Below, one piece after another: positions 1 to 9,110 of a stretch of 64,000 nucleotides of DNA. This stretch comes from a virus: IMG/VR virus record IMGVR_UViG_3300006737_000017, positions 32,001-96,000 of that record, one strand, 5' to 3'. The position numbers and the translations under genes are program-made. Each line of letters opens with the position of its first letter. Position 1 is the stretch's first letter. The notes under the pieces were generated by a model. It was given only the letters and a program-made list of their open reading frames with translations, had not been told where the DNA came from and did not search any database.

Positions 1-1
1 A

Positions 2-316
2 TCTAACTGTAAAAAGAATAATAAAAAAGTTATTAGTTATGGCGCAACCTCTAAGTCTACAACTGTATTTAATTATTGTGGAATAACGCCTTCTCTAATT
101 CCATATATAACAGATACAACGCCAGAAAAGCAAAATACTTTATCTCCAGGAGTTCATATTCCAGTTTATGAACCATCAAGTAAAATACCATCAGATGTAG
201 ATTACGTTTTCCTAGGAGCTTGGAATTTCCTAACTGAGATTGAAGAAAAAGAAACAGAGTTTAGAGAAAGAGGTGGTAAATTTATAACGCATATACCAAA
301 CGTTAGAGTAATATAA
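2..316 (+). CDS. NDP-hexose C-methyltransferase, C-terminal domain (partial, 5' end outside window)
   Basis: Frame 2 reads ...ISYGATSKSTTVFNYCG...YITDTTPEKQNTLSPGVHIPV...VFLGAWNF...RGGKFITHIP, the typical C-methyltransferase C-terminal pattern; stop TAA at 314-316. Confidence 0.8.
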   Translation, partial: SNCKKNNKKVISYGATSKSTTVFNYCGITPSLIPYITDTTPEKQNTLSPGVHIPVYEPSSKIPSDVDYVFLGAWNFLTEIEEKETEFRERGGKFITHIPNVRVI

Positions 317-348
317 TTTGGATATGTCAAAAAAAATGATTATATTAG
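317..348 (+). promoter_or_regulatory. Early-type promoter, TTTGGATATGTC-N-TATATTAG
   Basis: One of 14 near-identical copies; TTTG and TAnnTT(T/A/G) elements 20 nt apart, like the Bacteroidota -33/-7 promoter. Confidence 0.75.
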
Positions 349-352
349 TATT

Positions 353-763
353 ATGAATTACAAATTTCAAAACATACCATATCACGAAGATGATAGAGCT
401 CAAAGATATTTGGATGTCTTTGAAAATTTAGGACCAGGGCAAATAAATATATCAACTGTTAATTCTACGAATCATATAGTTGCATGGCACAAACACAATA
501 TACAGACTGATTATTGGGTTTGTATCAAAGGTTCTTTCAAAATAGGATTAGCAACTCATGAAGAAGGTGCTACATTCGAATACCTTTCAGACAGAAACCC
601 AAGAGTTTTAGAAATACCACCTGGTATATATCACGGGTATAAAGCATTGGAGCCTGGGTCTATATTAATGTATTTCATGACTGAAAAATATAATAATGGT
701 GCTGATGAGTTTAGAGCATTAGTTGGAGAATTTGGAGAAAAATGGAAAACAGAAAACAAATAA
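353..763 (+). CDS. RmlC-like cupin (dTDP-4-dehydrorhamnose 3,5-epimerase family)
   Basis: AWHKH..QTD, IPPGIYHGY cupin motifs in a sugar cluster. Confidence 0.75.
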   Translation: MNYKFQNIPYHEDDRAQRYLDVFENLGPGQINISTVNSTNHIVAWHKHNIQTDYWVCIKGSFKIGLATHEEGATFEYLSDRNPRVLEIPPGIYHGYKALEPGSILMYFMTEKYNNGADEFRALVGEFGEKWKTENK

Positions 764-1176
764 CAATAGAAGACGTTAAGTTCTTTAATGCAAGAACTAT
801 GGTTGAACCAGATGGAAATCTTGTACCGATTGAAGGTGGTACCGATGTACCATTTGATATCAAAAGAGTTTTCTATGTATATGGTGTAAAGAATCAAGAT
901 GACAGAGGTAAACATTCTCATTTTGAAACTAAACAAGTACTATATTGTTTACATGGAAAAGTAGAAGTATTAGTTCACGATGGTGTAAGAAAAAGAAAGT
1001 ATCTATTAGAATCACCTCAACAAGGATTATACATACCAGAGATGATATGGGATGAGCAAGTATATTTAACAGAAGATACAGTAATGTTAGTTTTAGCAAA
1101 TACGGAATACAATCCATCAGATTACATAAACGACTTTGAAGAATTCAAAAAAATAAAAGGAGTAACAAATGAGTAA
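742..1176 (+). CDS. FdtA/QdtA/WxcM-like dTDP-4-keto-6-deoxyhexose 3,4-ketoisomerase
   Basis: GNLVPIE..VPFDIKRVFYVY, RGKHSH, GLYIP..IW, Y...DYI. Confidence 0.85.
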   Translation: MENRKQITIEDVKFFNARTMVEPDGNLVPIEGGTDVPFDIKRVFYVYGVKNQDDRGKHSHFETKQVLYCLHGKVEVLVHDGVRKRKYLLESPQQGLYIPEMIWDEQVYLTEDTVMLVLANTEYNPSDYINDFEEFKKIKGVTNE

Positions 1177-1813
1177 GTGTAAAATAAAACATTTATCTAT
1201 AGAAAATTTTATACCTTCAGCAGCATTAGCAAGAGCAGCAGCTGAAAGTTTTAATGATAATATGGATTGGGTAAAATATGGAGCAGGCGATAATCAAATA
1301 CAATACTGTTCAAAGCTTGGTAGAGAAAAATTACCAACTGCTGCAAGATTATGTTTGAATTATATTGCAACAAACTTTGATCCCAACATAGCTTTCAATG
1401 GCTTAACAACAAACGCATTCCCAGACTTAGGTCATTATGGAGGAGGAATGATGTTAACACCCAATTCCAATGGTGAAGGGGGTTTTCTTGGAATGCATAT
1501 AGACGCAGAAGTTCACGGTTTACATCAAGATTGGAAAAGAGAATATAGTGCAATACTTTGTTTGTCTGAAGTACATGACACATCTTTTGATGTAAGATTG
1601 CATGATGGAGAAAATCATACCAGAATTCCATACAGATTTAATACATTAAACGTATTCAAATGTAGCGATTATTCATGGCACGGTTTTCCTGAAATTACTA
1701 AAGGCATGGATAGAAAAACAGTTGGAATGATGTTCTGGTCTAAAATGACTGAAGAAGATAAAAAGAAAGAAAAAGTTAAAGCAAGATTTAACGACAATTT
1801 GAAATTTGACTAA
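1169..1813 (+). CDS. 2OG-Fe(II) oxygenase
   Basis: GGFLGMHID (HxD), SWHG (distal His), downstream RK. Confidence 0.75.
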   Translation: MSKCKIKHLSIENFIPSAALARAAAESFNDNMDWVKYGAGDNQIQYCSKLGREKLPTAARLCLNYIATNFDPNIAFNGLTTNAFPDLGHYGGGMMLTPNSNGEGGFLGMHIDAEVHGLHQDWKREYSAILCLSEVHDTSFDVRLHDGENHTRIPYRFNTLNVFKCSDYSWHGFPEITKGMDRKTVGMMFWSKMTEEDKKKEKVKARFNDNLKFD

Positions 1814-2532
1814 TGAAGAAAATCTTAATATCTGGTGGTGAAAGTAAATTTGCAAAGTCTTTAATATCAGAAAATACTAAATTTGATATTAAAGCATTAA
1901 GCAGATCACAGATGAATGTGACAAACTTTTCAAGTATAAAGTCAAGCCTAGGAATTACTAGACCAGATTATTTTATTCACACTGCTGCACTATCTAGGCC
2001 AATGATATTACATAAAGAAAAACCTGATGTTAGTATAAAATCTAATATAATAGGTACTGCAAATTGCGTTCTAGCATGCATGGAAACTAATGTAAAATTC
2101 ATATACATTTCTACAGATTTTGTATATCCTGGAACAGATGGAAACTATTGCGAAGACTCTGCTCTGTTACCAATAAATGAATATGCTTGGTCAAAACTTG
2201 GTGGTGAATGCTCTGTAAAACTTTATGATAACTCGTTAATAATAAGAACAGCAATGGTTGAAAATCCTTATCCTCACAAAAAAGCTTTTGTTGATGTTAA
2301 GAAAAGTTTAATAGAATACAAAGAAGCAGCAAGATTAACTTTAGAATTACTTGATCAGAGTGGTATTGTAAACATTGGTAAGGAATCAGATACAATCTAC
2401 AATCATGTAAAAAAGATTGAAAAGAATATTGGTAAAATATCTAGAAAAGATATTACTAATTTGGATATTGCTACAGATAGCAGTATGAATATTGACAAAT
2501 TAAAAAGGATACTAAATGATAAATCTATTTAA
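1813..2532 (+). CDS. RmlD-like NDP-sugar reductase (SDR family)
   Basis: HTAA, YISTDFVY, YAWSK (YxxxK). Confidence 0.8.
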   Translation: MKKILISGGESKFAKSLISENTKFDIKALSRSQMNVTNFSSIKSSLGITRPDYFIHTAALSRPMILHKEKPDVSIKSNIIGTANCVLACMETNVKFIYISTDFVYPGTDGNYCEDSALLPINEYAWSKLGGECSVKLYDNSLIIRTAMVENPYPHKKAFVDVKKSLIEYKEAARLTLELLDQSGIVNIGKESDTIYNHVKKIEKNIGKISRKDITNLDIATDSSMNIDKLKRILNDKSI

Positions 2533-3427
2533 TATAGAAAATTACACTATAGACACTGGAAAGTTTAATCATATACTACACGACAATTTAGTAAATGAAT
2601 TTGAACAGAAGATAGCAGATTTTGTTGGTGCAAAATATGCATGCGGTGTTAGCAGTGCAACAAATGCAATATTCTTAGCATTATTAAATAAGAATACAGA
2701 AATAGAAATACCTTCTATGATTCCACCAGTTGTTGCTAATGCTATTATAACTTCTGGGAATAAAGTTAAATTTACAGACAACGTAGAATGGGTTGGCGAT
2801 TCTTATGTATTGCATAATTTTGAAGATTATAAAATAATAGATTCAGCTCAAAAATTAGAAAAAGACCAATTTAAGAAAGAAGCTAATGATGAAGATTTAA
2901 TGATGTTTTCATTTTATCCAACAAAACCAGTTGGAAGTATAGATGGTGGTATGATAGTAAGCAACGATAAAGAAAAGATTGATTGGTTTAGAGAAGCAAC
3001 ATTAAATGGAATGTCTTTTGCAAAAAACAATTGGGAAAGAAAAATAAATTTTCCAGGATATAAAATGTATTTGAATTCTGTTCAAGCTTTTGTTGCAAAT
3101 GAAAATTTCAAAAAATATGAAAACAAATTAAAAACTCTTAAAGAACTTAGAGACATATATAATTTTTGGTTTAAGTTAAATAACACAAGTAATCATTTAT
3201 ACAGAATTGAAGTAGAAGATAATATTAAAGCAATGGCTAAATTGAAAAAGAAAGGTTTAGTAACTGGTATTCATTATTCATGTCTACATAACCATGAAGT
3301 TTACGGTTCTAATATAAAATGCCCTGAGTCAGAGGAATTAGCTAAACATACTTTAAGTATACCGTTTCACGAAGCAATGACGGTTGCAGATGTAAATGAT
3401 GTAATAAGAATAATAAGTAAATTGTAA
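2516..3427 (+). CDS. DegT/DnrJ/EryC1/StrS PLP-dependent sugar aminotransferase
   Basis: VSSATNA, DSAQ, FSFYPTKPVGSIDGG, LSIP. Confidence 0.85.
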   Translation: MINLFNIENYTIDTGKFNHILHDNLVNEFEQKIADFVGAKYACGVSSATNAIFLALLNKNTEIEIPSMIPPVVANAIITSGNKVKFTDNVEWVGDSYVLHNFEDYKIIDSAQKLEKDQFKKEANDEDLMMFSFYPTKPVGSIDGGMIVSNDKEKIDWFREATLNGMSFAKNNWERKINFPGYKMYLNSVQAFVANENFKKYENKLKTLKELRDIYNFWFKLNNTSNHLYRIEVEDNIKAMAKLKKKGLVTGIHYSCLHNHEVYGSNIKCPESEELAKHTLSIPFHEAMTVADVNDVIRIISKL

Positions 3428-4311
3428 TGCCAGTATTTTTTAGATTAAATGAAAAAGGTTTTAGCTGGGCTGGAGAGGTAACAAACCTCGGCTTTTCAAG
3501 TAAAGATCCTAGATATATACCAAAGGAATATTTAGAAAAGGGAGATTTTCTTTTGTTTAGAATGTCTAATGGTTTTGGAGATTGGGGAATCTTATCTGCA
3601 ATGCCTAGATTGCTAAAAGAAAAATATCCTAATTGTAAAGTTTATTTACCAAGTGAAAAACTAATAAAAGAGTTTTATACGAAAGATATAGAACTTTGGA
3701 ATCACTGGCCAAACCCTGAAAAAAATGTTGAAAGGGTATACAAGAATAATCCTTATGTTGATGGTTTCATTGATAAGGTTGAAAATGAAGTATTCCATGA
3801 TCATTATAGGATATACAATGAAGACGATATAAATGAACCCTTGATAAACCAAGTTCTGAAGTTTTGGAAATTCTCAGAAAACGAATTGGAAGATAACCAA
3901 CCAGAATTCTATTGGACAGAAGAGGAAATGGAACAAGGAGATTCATTGATAAAGAAATACTTTGGAGAAAAAGAATTTTGCGGTTTAATTCTAAGTAATA
4001 CAGATATAGGATCAGACACTTACAAAGGGGAATCTGAAGAGGCTTTACAAAGCATTCTAAAAGAACATTCAAAATATAAATTTGTTTATTATGGAGATAA
4101 AACGCCTTATGACTTTATAAAAGTTGGATTAAATCTAAAAGACATAGAAGCTTCTATTAGAGTTCAATTATATATAAGATCTAAAGCAAAAATAAATTTA
4201 GGATATAGCAGTTCTATGTACGACGTTTTACCAAGATACGTAGATATAACATACATACCAGTTAGACAAGGTATGAAATCTAATACAGTTAAAGGGATAA
4301 AATACTTATGA
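3427..4311 (+). CDS. Putative glycosyltransferase (GT9/heptosyltransferase-like)
   Basis: GFGD..LSAMPRLLKEKYP and NNPYVD resemble the GT9 N-terminus; cluster context. Confidence 0.55.
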   Translation: MPVFFRLNEKGFSWAGEVTNLGFSSKDPRYIPKEYLEKGDFLLFRMSNGFGDWGILSAMPRLLKEKYPNCKVYLPSEKLIKEFYTKDIELWNHWPNPEKNVERVYKNNPYVDGFIDKVENEVFHDHYRIYNEDDINEPLINQVLKFWKFSENELEDNQPEFYWTEEEMEQGDSLIKKYFGEKEFCGLILSNTDIGSDTYKGESEEALQSILKEHSKYKFVYYGDKTPYDFIKVGLNLKDIEASIRVQLYIRSKAKINLGYSSSMYDVLPRYVDITYIPVRQGMKSNTVKGIKYL

Positions 4312-5768
4312 TACTATTAAAAGATTTGAAAGAAAAATATAAAAATGACGAAGTAATTGTAAACCAATTGAAATTACAATTTGGAGACTATTCAGAATTA
4401 GAAAAAGAGTTTGACAATTTCTGGGATAAAGGTTTCATGGAAGAAATTATTACTAAATCTTCAAATGGTAATGGTCATATAGCTGGAGCAGGTCCAGTAG
4501 ATTATAATGAAGGTAAAATTATATATCTATATATTAGAACTATAAAACCTAAATCTGTATTGGAAATAGGTCATGCAGCTGGATGCTCTTCTGTAGTAAT
4601 TGCAAAAGCTTTAGAAACTAATGGTTCTGGTACATTACACACTTGCGATAAGTTTTCCAATGCAAATGATCCAAACCTAATACCATCTTTTGTTAAGTAT
4701 ATAAAAAGCGGAATCATAAAAGAATATGGAGACATAGACGCACTTGATCTAATACCTAAACTAGAAGAATCATTCGATATAGTATTTACAGATGCAAGCC
4801 ATGAATCAGATTTTTGCTTTCCAGTAGCAAAACTTTTATATGAAAAGTATCCAGAAGCTTTACACTTATATCATGAATGGAGCTTTTCTCCATACTCTAG
4901 TAAAGAAGCTCAGAATTATATAAGCATAAAAGAAAATTTGAATCATCAAGAAATGGCAGAGAGAGAAGCTTTCGAAGAAACTTTTCCAATAAAAGATTAT
5001 GATCATTTTGGTTTTTATGGTAGCTGCGGACTTGGAGTTACTATGAAAAGAAATAAACCAAGACAGATTAAAGTTTATTACAGACTATCGAATCAACAAG
5101 CTGGTATAAATAAAAATAAAATTTCAAATGCTAGTAAAAAAACTTGTTTACAAAATTGCATAAATAAATTCGGAAAAGAAAATATAACCATAATCGGAGA
5201 CAATCTAAATATAGAGCATATAGAATTAGTAAGAAATTTAGGAGTAAGATTTATAGAAGTTTCAAATGGAAATGGTTCTGGTACTTTTAGAGATGCATTA
5301 AATTTAGCAATAAAAGAGAATTTAGAATCTGATTTTGTATATTTATTAGAGGATGACTTCTTACACAAAGAAGAATCTAAAGGGTTATTAATTGAAGCAT
5401 TAAATTCTTATGATAGTTATGTTACTTTATACGATCACCCTGACAAATATATAAATAAAGAAAACGGAGGTAATCCCTATATAGAAGAAAGGGGAGAAGT
5501 TACAAGATTAGTGAAAACAGAAAATGTACATTGGAAAATTACAAATTCTACAGTTATGTCATTTGCAGCTAGGGTTTCTAGATTAAAACACGACAAACCT
5601 TTATTAGAAAAATATTCTAGTAATAGTATAACTAATTCTTTTGGGTTCTTTACAGAATTATCAAAAGAGAAAGGAGTTGCAGCATTAAGCTCAGTTCCAG
5701 GTTTTAGTACTCACTGCGAAACTGCATGGCTTTCACCATTTACAAATTGGGAGGAAATAAATGATTAG
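4308..5768 (+). CDS. Class I SAM methyltransferase fused to a GT-A-like domain
   Basis: N-half VLEIGHAAGCS and FDIVFTDASH; C-half VYLLEDDFLH, YVTLYDHPD. Confidence 0.65.
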   Translation: MILLKDLKEKYKNDEVIVNQLKLQFGDYSELEKEFDNFWDKGFMEEIITKSSNGNGHIAGAGPVDYNEGKIIYLYIRTIKPKSVLEIGHAAGCSSVVIAKALETNGSGTLHTCDKFSNANDPNLIPSFVKYIKSGIIKEYGDIDALDLIPKLEESFDIVFTDASHESDFCFPVAKLLYEKYPEALHLYHEWSFSPYSSKEAQNYISIKENLNHQEMAEREAFEETFPIKDYDHFGFYGSCGLGVTMKRNKPRQIKVYYRLSNQQAGINKNKISNASKKTCLQNCINKFGKENITIIGDNLNIEHIELVRNLGVRFIEVSNGNGSGTFRDALNLAIKENLESDFVYLLEDDFLHKEESKGLLIEALNSYDSYVTLYDHPDKYINKENGGNPYIEERGEVTRLVKTENVHWKITNSTVMSFAARVSRLKHDKPLLEKYSSNSITNSFGFFTELSKEKGVAALSSVPGFSTHCETAWLSPFTNWEEIND

Positions 5769-6549
5769 TTTAATTATACCAAGTTATAGGAATCCAAAAT
5801 GTTTAGATATATGTTTAGAATCTGCTTTATTGGGTCAAAAATATAGAAATGAAATTATTTGCATAATAGATGGTTATGTAGAAGAATCTTCAGAAATAAT
5901 AAAAAAATATGAAAATGACGTTAGCTTTATAGAAAGCCCTGAAAATATGGGAATGCAATATTCTTTGAATCTAGGAGTTTGGAATGCTTCATCCGATAAA
6001 GTTCTCATAGTAAACGACGACAATGTTTTATGTGCTGATTGGGATGCAATACTAGAAAGCGATTATCATGAAGATATAATACTTACACCTAATCAAATTG
6101 AAAAATATCCTAGTATTTTTAACTTTGAAACAGAAGACTTTGGCACTCCAGAAGATTTTGATTTAGACAATTTTATTACTTCTGAACCGCAATTTAGAAA
6201 AGATCATCTTACAAGAGATGGAGGAATATTCCCACTATTAATATCAAAGAAAAAGTATATGATGGTAGGAGGTTTTGACGATTTATATCCATCACCATTC
6301 GTTTGCGATTGGGACTTCTTTTTGAAATGTGAATTAGCAGGTATGAAAACCTTAAGGTCTAGAAAATTAAATTTCTATCATTTTGGTTCTGTCGCTACTA
6401 AAAATGGTAAAGAGGGACAAAGATTTACAGAAAGCGAAAGTGAAGCAAACGAGTTATATAAATATAAATGGGGTTTTGGAATGATAAAGAACAAGGATAA
6501 CACCCATTCACCAAAGGGTAACAAAGTAAAAGGGATAAACTATGAATAA
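5761..6549 (+). CDS. Glycosyltransferase family 2
   Basis: ISLIIPSY, IIDG, VNDD, GGFDD, DWDF. Confidence 0.85.
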   Translation: MISLIIPSYRNPKCLDICLESALLGQKYRNEIICIIDGYVEESSEIIKKYENDVSFIESPENMGMQYSLNLGVWNASSDKVLIVNDDNVLCADWDAILESDYHEDIILTPNQIEKYPSIFNFETEDFGTPEDFDLDNFITSEPQFRKDHLTRDGGIFPLLISKKKYMMVGGFDDLYPSPFVCDWDFFLKCELAGMKTLRSRKLNFYHFGSVATKNGKEGQRFTESESEANELYKYKWGFGMIKNKDNTHSPKGNKVKGINYE

Positions 6550-7549
6550 AACTATTTTAGTAACAGGAGTAGCTGGACTTTTAGGTTCTAGGCTAGCAGA
6601 CTGGATTGTAAAAAATACAGATTACAAAGTAATAGGGATTGACGATTTATCTGGCGGTTATATTGAAAATTTACCAGAGGATGTTGAATTATATAAGTTC
6701 GATATAAAAGAGCTAGACAGAGTTAAAGATTTATTCAAAACACATAAACCTGAAATAGTATATCATTTTGCAGCTTATGCAGCAGAAGGTCTATCTCCAT
6801 TTATTAGAAAGTTTAATTACGAGAATAATTTAATATCTTCTACTAATTTAATTACTTGTAGTATTGAACACAGTGTAAAGAGATTTGTATTTGCAAGTTC
6901 AATGTCTGTATATGGTAATAAATATAAACCACCATTCCATGAAGATCTACAGCAATGTCCTATTGATCCTTATGGTATTGCTAAGTATGGTGTAGAGATG
7001 GATCTGAAAATAGCTTATGAACAACATGGTTTACCTTATACAATTGTAAGACCTCACAATTTCTACGGTCAGAATCAAAACATATGGGACAAGTATAGAA
7101 ATGTATTAGGAATTTGGATGTATCAAATAATCAATGGAATGCAGCCAACTATATTTGGAGATGGCGAACAAAAAAGAGCATTTAGTTATGTAGATGATTC
7201 TATAATTCCATTTTGGAATGCATCTCAAAGAGATGAATGTATTGGAGAAATTATTAATCTTGGTGGTATCAAAGAATATACTATCAATGAAGCTTGCGAT
7301 ATATTATTAAAAGTCACCGGCACCCCCCTTACAAAAAAATACTTGGAAGCGCGACATGAAGCTAAGCATGCTTGGTCAACATGGGAAAAATCCCAACAAC
7401 TATTAGATTTCAAACATGAAATAGATTTGGAAGAAGGATTAACTAAAATGTGGAAGTGGGCTCAAACGCAACCAAACAGAAAAAGATTCTTTTGGGGAGA
7501 TTACGAATTAAATAAAGGTATTTACGATTATTGGAAAACAGAAAAATGA
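6542..7549 (+). CDS. NAD-dependent nucleotide-sugar epimerase/dehydratase
   Basis: ILVTGVAGLLG, HFAA, ASSMSVYG, YGIAK, RAFSYVDD. Confidence 0.9.
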   Translation: MNKTILVTGVAGLLGSRLADWIVKNTDYKVIGIDDLSGGYIENLPEDVELYKFDIKELDRVKDLFKTHKPEIVYHFAAYAAEGLSPFIRKFNYENNLISSTNLITCSIEHSVKRFVFASSMSVYGNKYKPPFHEDLQQCPIDPYGIAKYGVEMDLKIAYEQHGLPYTIVRPHNFYGQNQNIWDKYRNVLGIWMYQIINGMQPTIFGDGEQKRAFSYVDDSIIPFWNASQRDECIGEIINLGGIKEYTINEACDILLKVTGTPLTKKYLEARHEAKHAWSTWEKSQQLLDFKHEIDLEEGLTKMWKWAQTQPNRKRFFWGDYELNKGIYDYWKTEK

Positions 7550-8370
7550 AAACATTAGGTATTATAGGTCAAGGGTTTGTAGGGACTGCAGTCTTTGAAG
7601 GGTTAAAAGAGCATTACAATATAGAAACATTTGATATCGCAAAAAATTCAACATGTAAATCATTAGGTGAATTATTCGAAAAATCTGAGGTTATATTTTT
7701 ATGCTTACCTACACCAATGGATAGCGAAGGTTCTTGTCACTTAGGAATTATAGAACCAGTTCTAGAAGAATTAAATTCTATAGGAAATAAAATAATTATT
7801 GTTAAATCTACAATCCCACCGGGAACAACTGAAAAGTGGAATGATAGATATGAAAATTTAAGTATTGTATTTAATCCAGAATTTTTAACAGAAGCAAATT
7901 CAATAGAAGATTTCAAAAATCAAAATAGAATCATTATTGGTGGACCAAGACCTGCATCAACAAAAGTAAGAAGAATATTCAAAAAAGCATTTCCAAGAGT
8001 AGCAATTATAAAAACAAGCTCAACGATTGCAGAAATGGTTAAGTATTTTACAAATTCTTTTCTAGCAACAAAAGTTTCTTTTGCAAATGAAATGTATCAG
8101 ATTTGTAATGGATTAGATATTGATTACGATAAAGTAATAGAGTATGCTCAATATGATAATAGAATAGGTAATTCTCATTTAGAAGTTCCAGGACCTGATG
8201 GAGATTTTGGTTATGGTGGGCATTGCTTTCCTAAAGATGTTAGAGCATTAATAAATGTTGCAGAGAAATTGGGTATAGATCCTAAGATGTTAACTGCAAC
8301 AGATACAAAGAACAACCAAGTCAGAACTAATTTTGATTGGAACAAACAAAAAGGAAGAGCAGTAATATAA
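7546..8370 (+). CDS. UDP-glucose/GDP-mannose dehydrogenase family, lacking the C-terminal domain
   Basis: GIIGQGFVG, CLPTP, KSTIPPG, NPEFL, GYGGHCFPKD; ATG at 7546 overlaps the upstream stop. Confidence 0.85.
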   Translation: MKTLGIIGQGFVGTAVFEGLKEHYNIETFDIAKNSTCKSLGELFEKSEVIFLCLPTPMDSEGSCHLGIIEPVLEELNSIGNKIIIVKSTIPPGTTEKWNDRYENLSIVFNPEFLTEANSIEDFKNQNRIIIGGPRPASTKVRRIFKKAFPRVAIIKTSSTIAEMVKYFTNSFLATKVSFANEMYQICNGLDIDYDKVIEYAQYDNRIGNSHLEVPGPDGDFGYGGHCFPKDVRALINVAEKLGIDPKMLTATDTKNNQVRTNFDWNKQKGRAVI

Positions 8371-8612
8371 TGCAATATTTTATTTTATTTCCAGATGATA
8401 AAGAAAATGAAGCTACTTTCGAAAGTAATCTATTGGGTGAAAGTTCATTCAAAACGTTTTGGGGAGGAGCAGGTTTGAAAAAGCTAATGTGGATGGTAGA
8501 CAAGACACCAGAGCTTTTACCATTAGTTAAAATAAAAAACGATAAAGGCAAACAATTAGAAGTATTAGACTTTCTAGAAGAAATTAAAAAATTAAAGATT
8601 AAGGTAGATTAA
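8370..8612 (+). CDS. Hypothetical protein
   Basis: ATG overlaps upstream TAA; normal codon usage. Confidence 0.6.
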   Translation: MQYFILFPDDKENEATFESNLLGESSFKTFWGGAGLKKLMWMVDKTPELLPLVKIKNDKGKQLEVLDFLEEIKKLKIKVD

Positions 8613-8735
8613 ATGAAAATTAATATTAACCATCTAGAGTTAGATGAGTTTGGTGAAATTAAATTACCAAAAAGAAAAAAGAAAAAGAAGCAACCTAAAC
8701 ATAAGGAACCTAAAAAGAACTCTAATAGTGAATAA
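8613..8735 (+). CDS. Small basic hypothetical protein (40 aa)
   Basis: ORF abutting the upstream stop. Confidence 0.4.
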   Translation: MKININHLELDEFGEIKLPKRKKKKKQPKHKEPKKNSNSE

Positions 8736-8780
8736 CTATATATTTATATAATAACCCTATAAATATGAAATGGAGATAAA

Positions 8781-9041
8781 ATGGCCAGTACACCAAAATC
8801 GATTAAACTAGGAAGCTACGTTAGAAAGGTAGGATATTTTGATATCAGACAAAAGATAACGCAGCCAAGAAAGAAGAGGAATCATAAAGGAGAAATCGAA
8901 ATAATTGGAGGATCAGTTGAAATAAATTTGTTCCATGGTAAAAATAAAGTTGGTGGCCCATACAAATCTCATATGGATGCTGAAACAGAAGCTAATGTAT
9001 TATTGGATAAGAAGTTTAAGTATACTAAGCCTAAAAAGTAG
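8781..9041 (+). CDS. Hypothetical basic protein
   Basis: GGAG SD; TATATTTAT motif upstream. Confidence 0.6.
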   Translation: MASTPKSIKLGSYVRKVGYFDIRQKITQPRKKRNHKGEIEIIGGSVEINLFHGKNKVGGPYKSHMDAETEANVLLDKKFKYTKPKK

Positions 9042-9060
9042 CAATTTAGTTTAGGAAATT

Positions 9061-9069
9061 GATATTTAT
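9061..9069 (+). promoter_or_regulatory. Putative late promoter GATATTTAT
   Basis: Same motif in intergenic positions at 17875, 28982, 40493, 46432, 48375, 57602 and before 39104, mostly ahead of structural or virion genes. Confidence 0.65.
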
Positions 9070-9110
9070 TAAAGAATAATTATTCATAAAAATACAAGAG
9101 GAAACCTTCA

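Noticed and set aside
743-7545. Identical TGGAAAACAGAAAA at 743-756 and 7532-7545 (both at gene ends)
   Set aside because: A-rich 14-mer with only two copies; could be chance or an old recombination scar, and nothing else supports it
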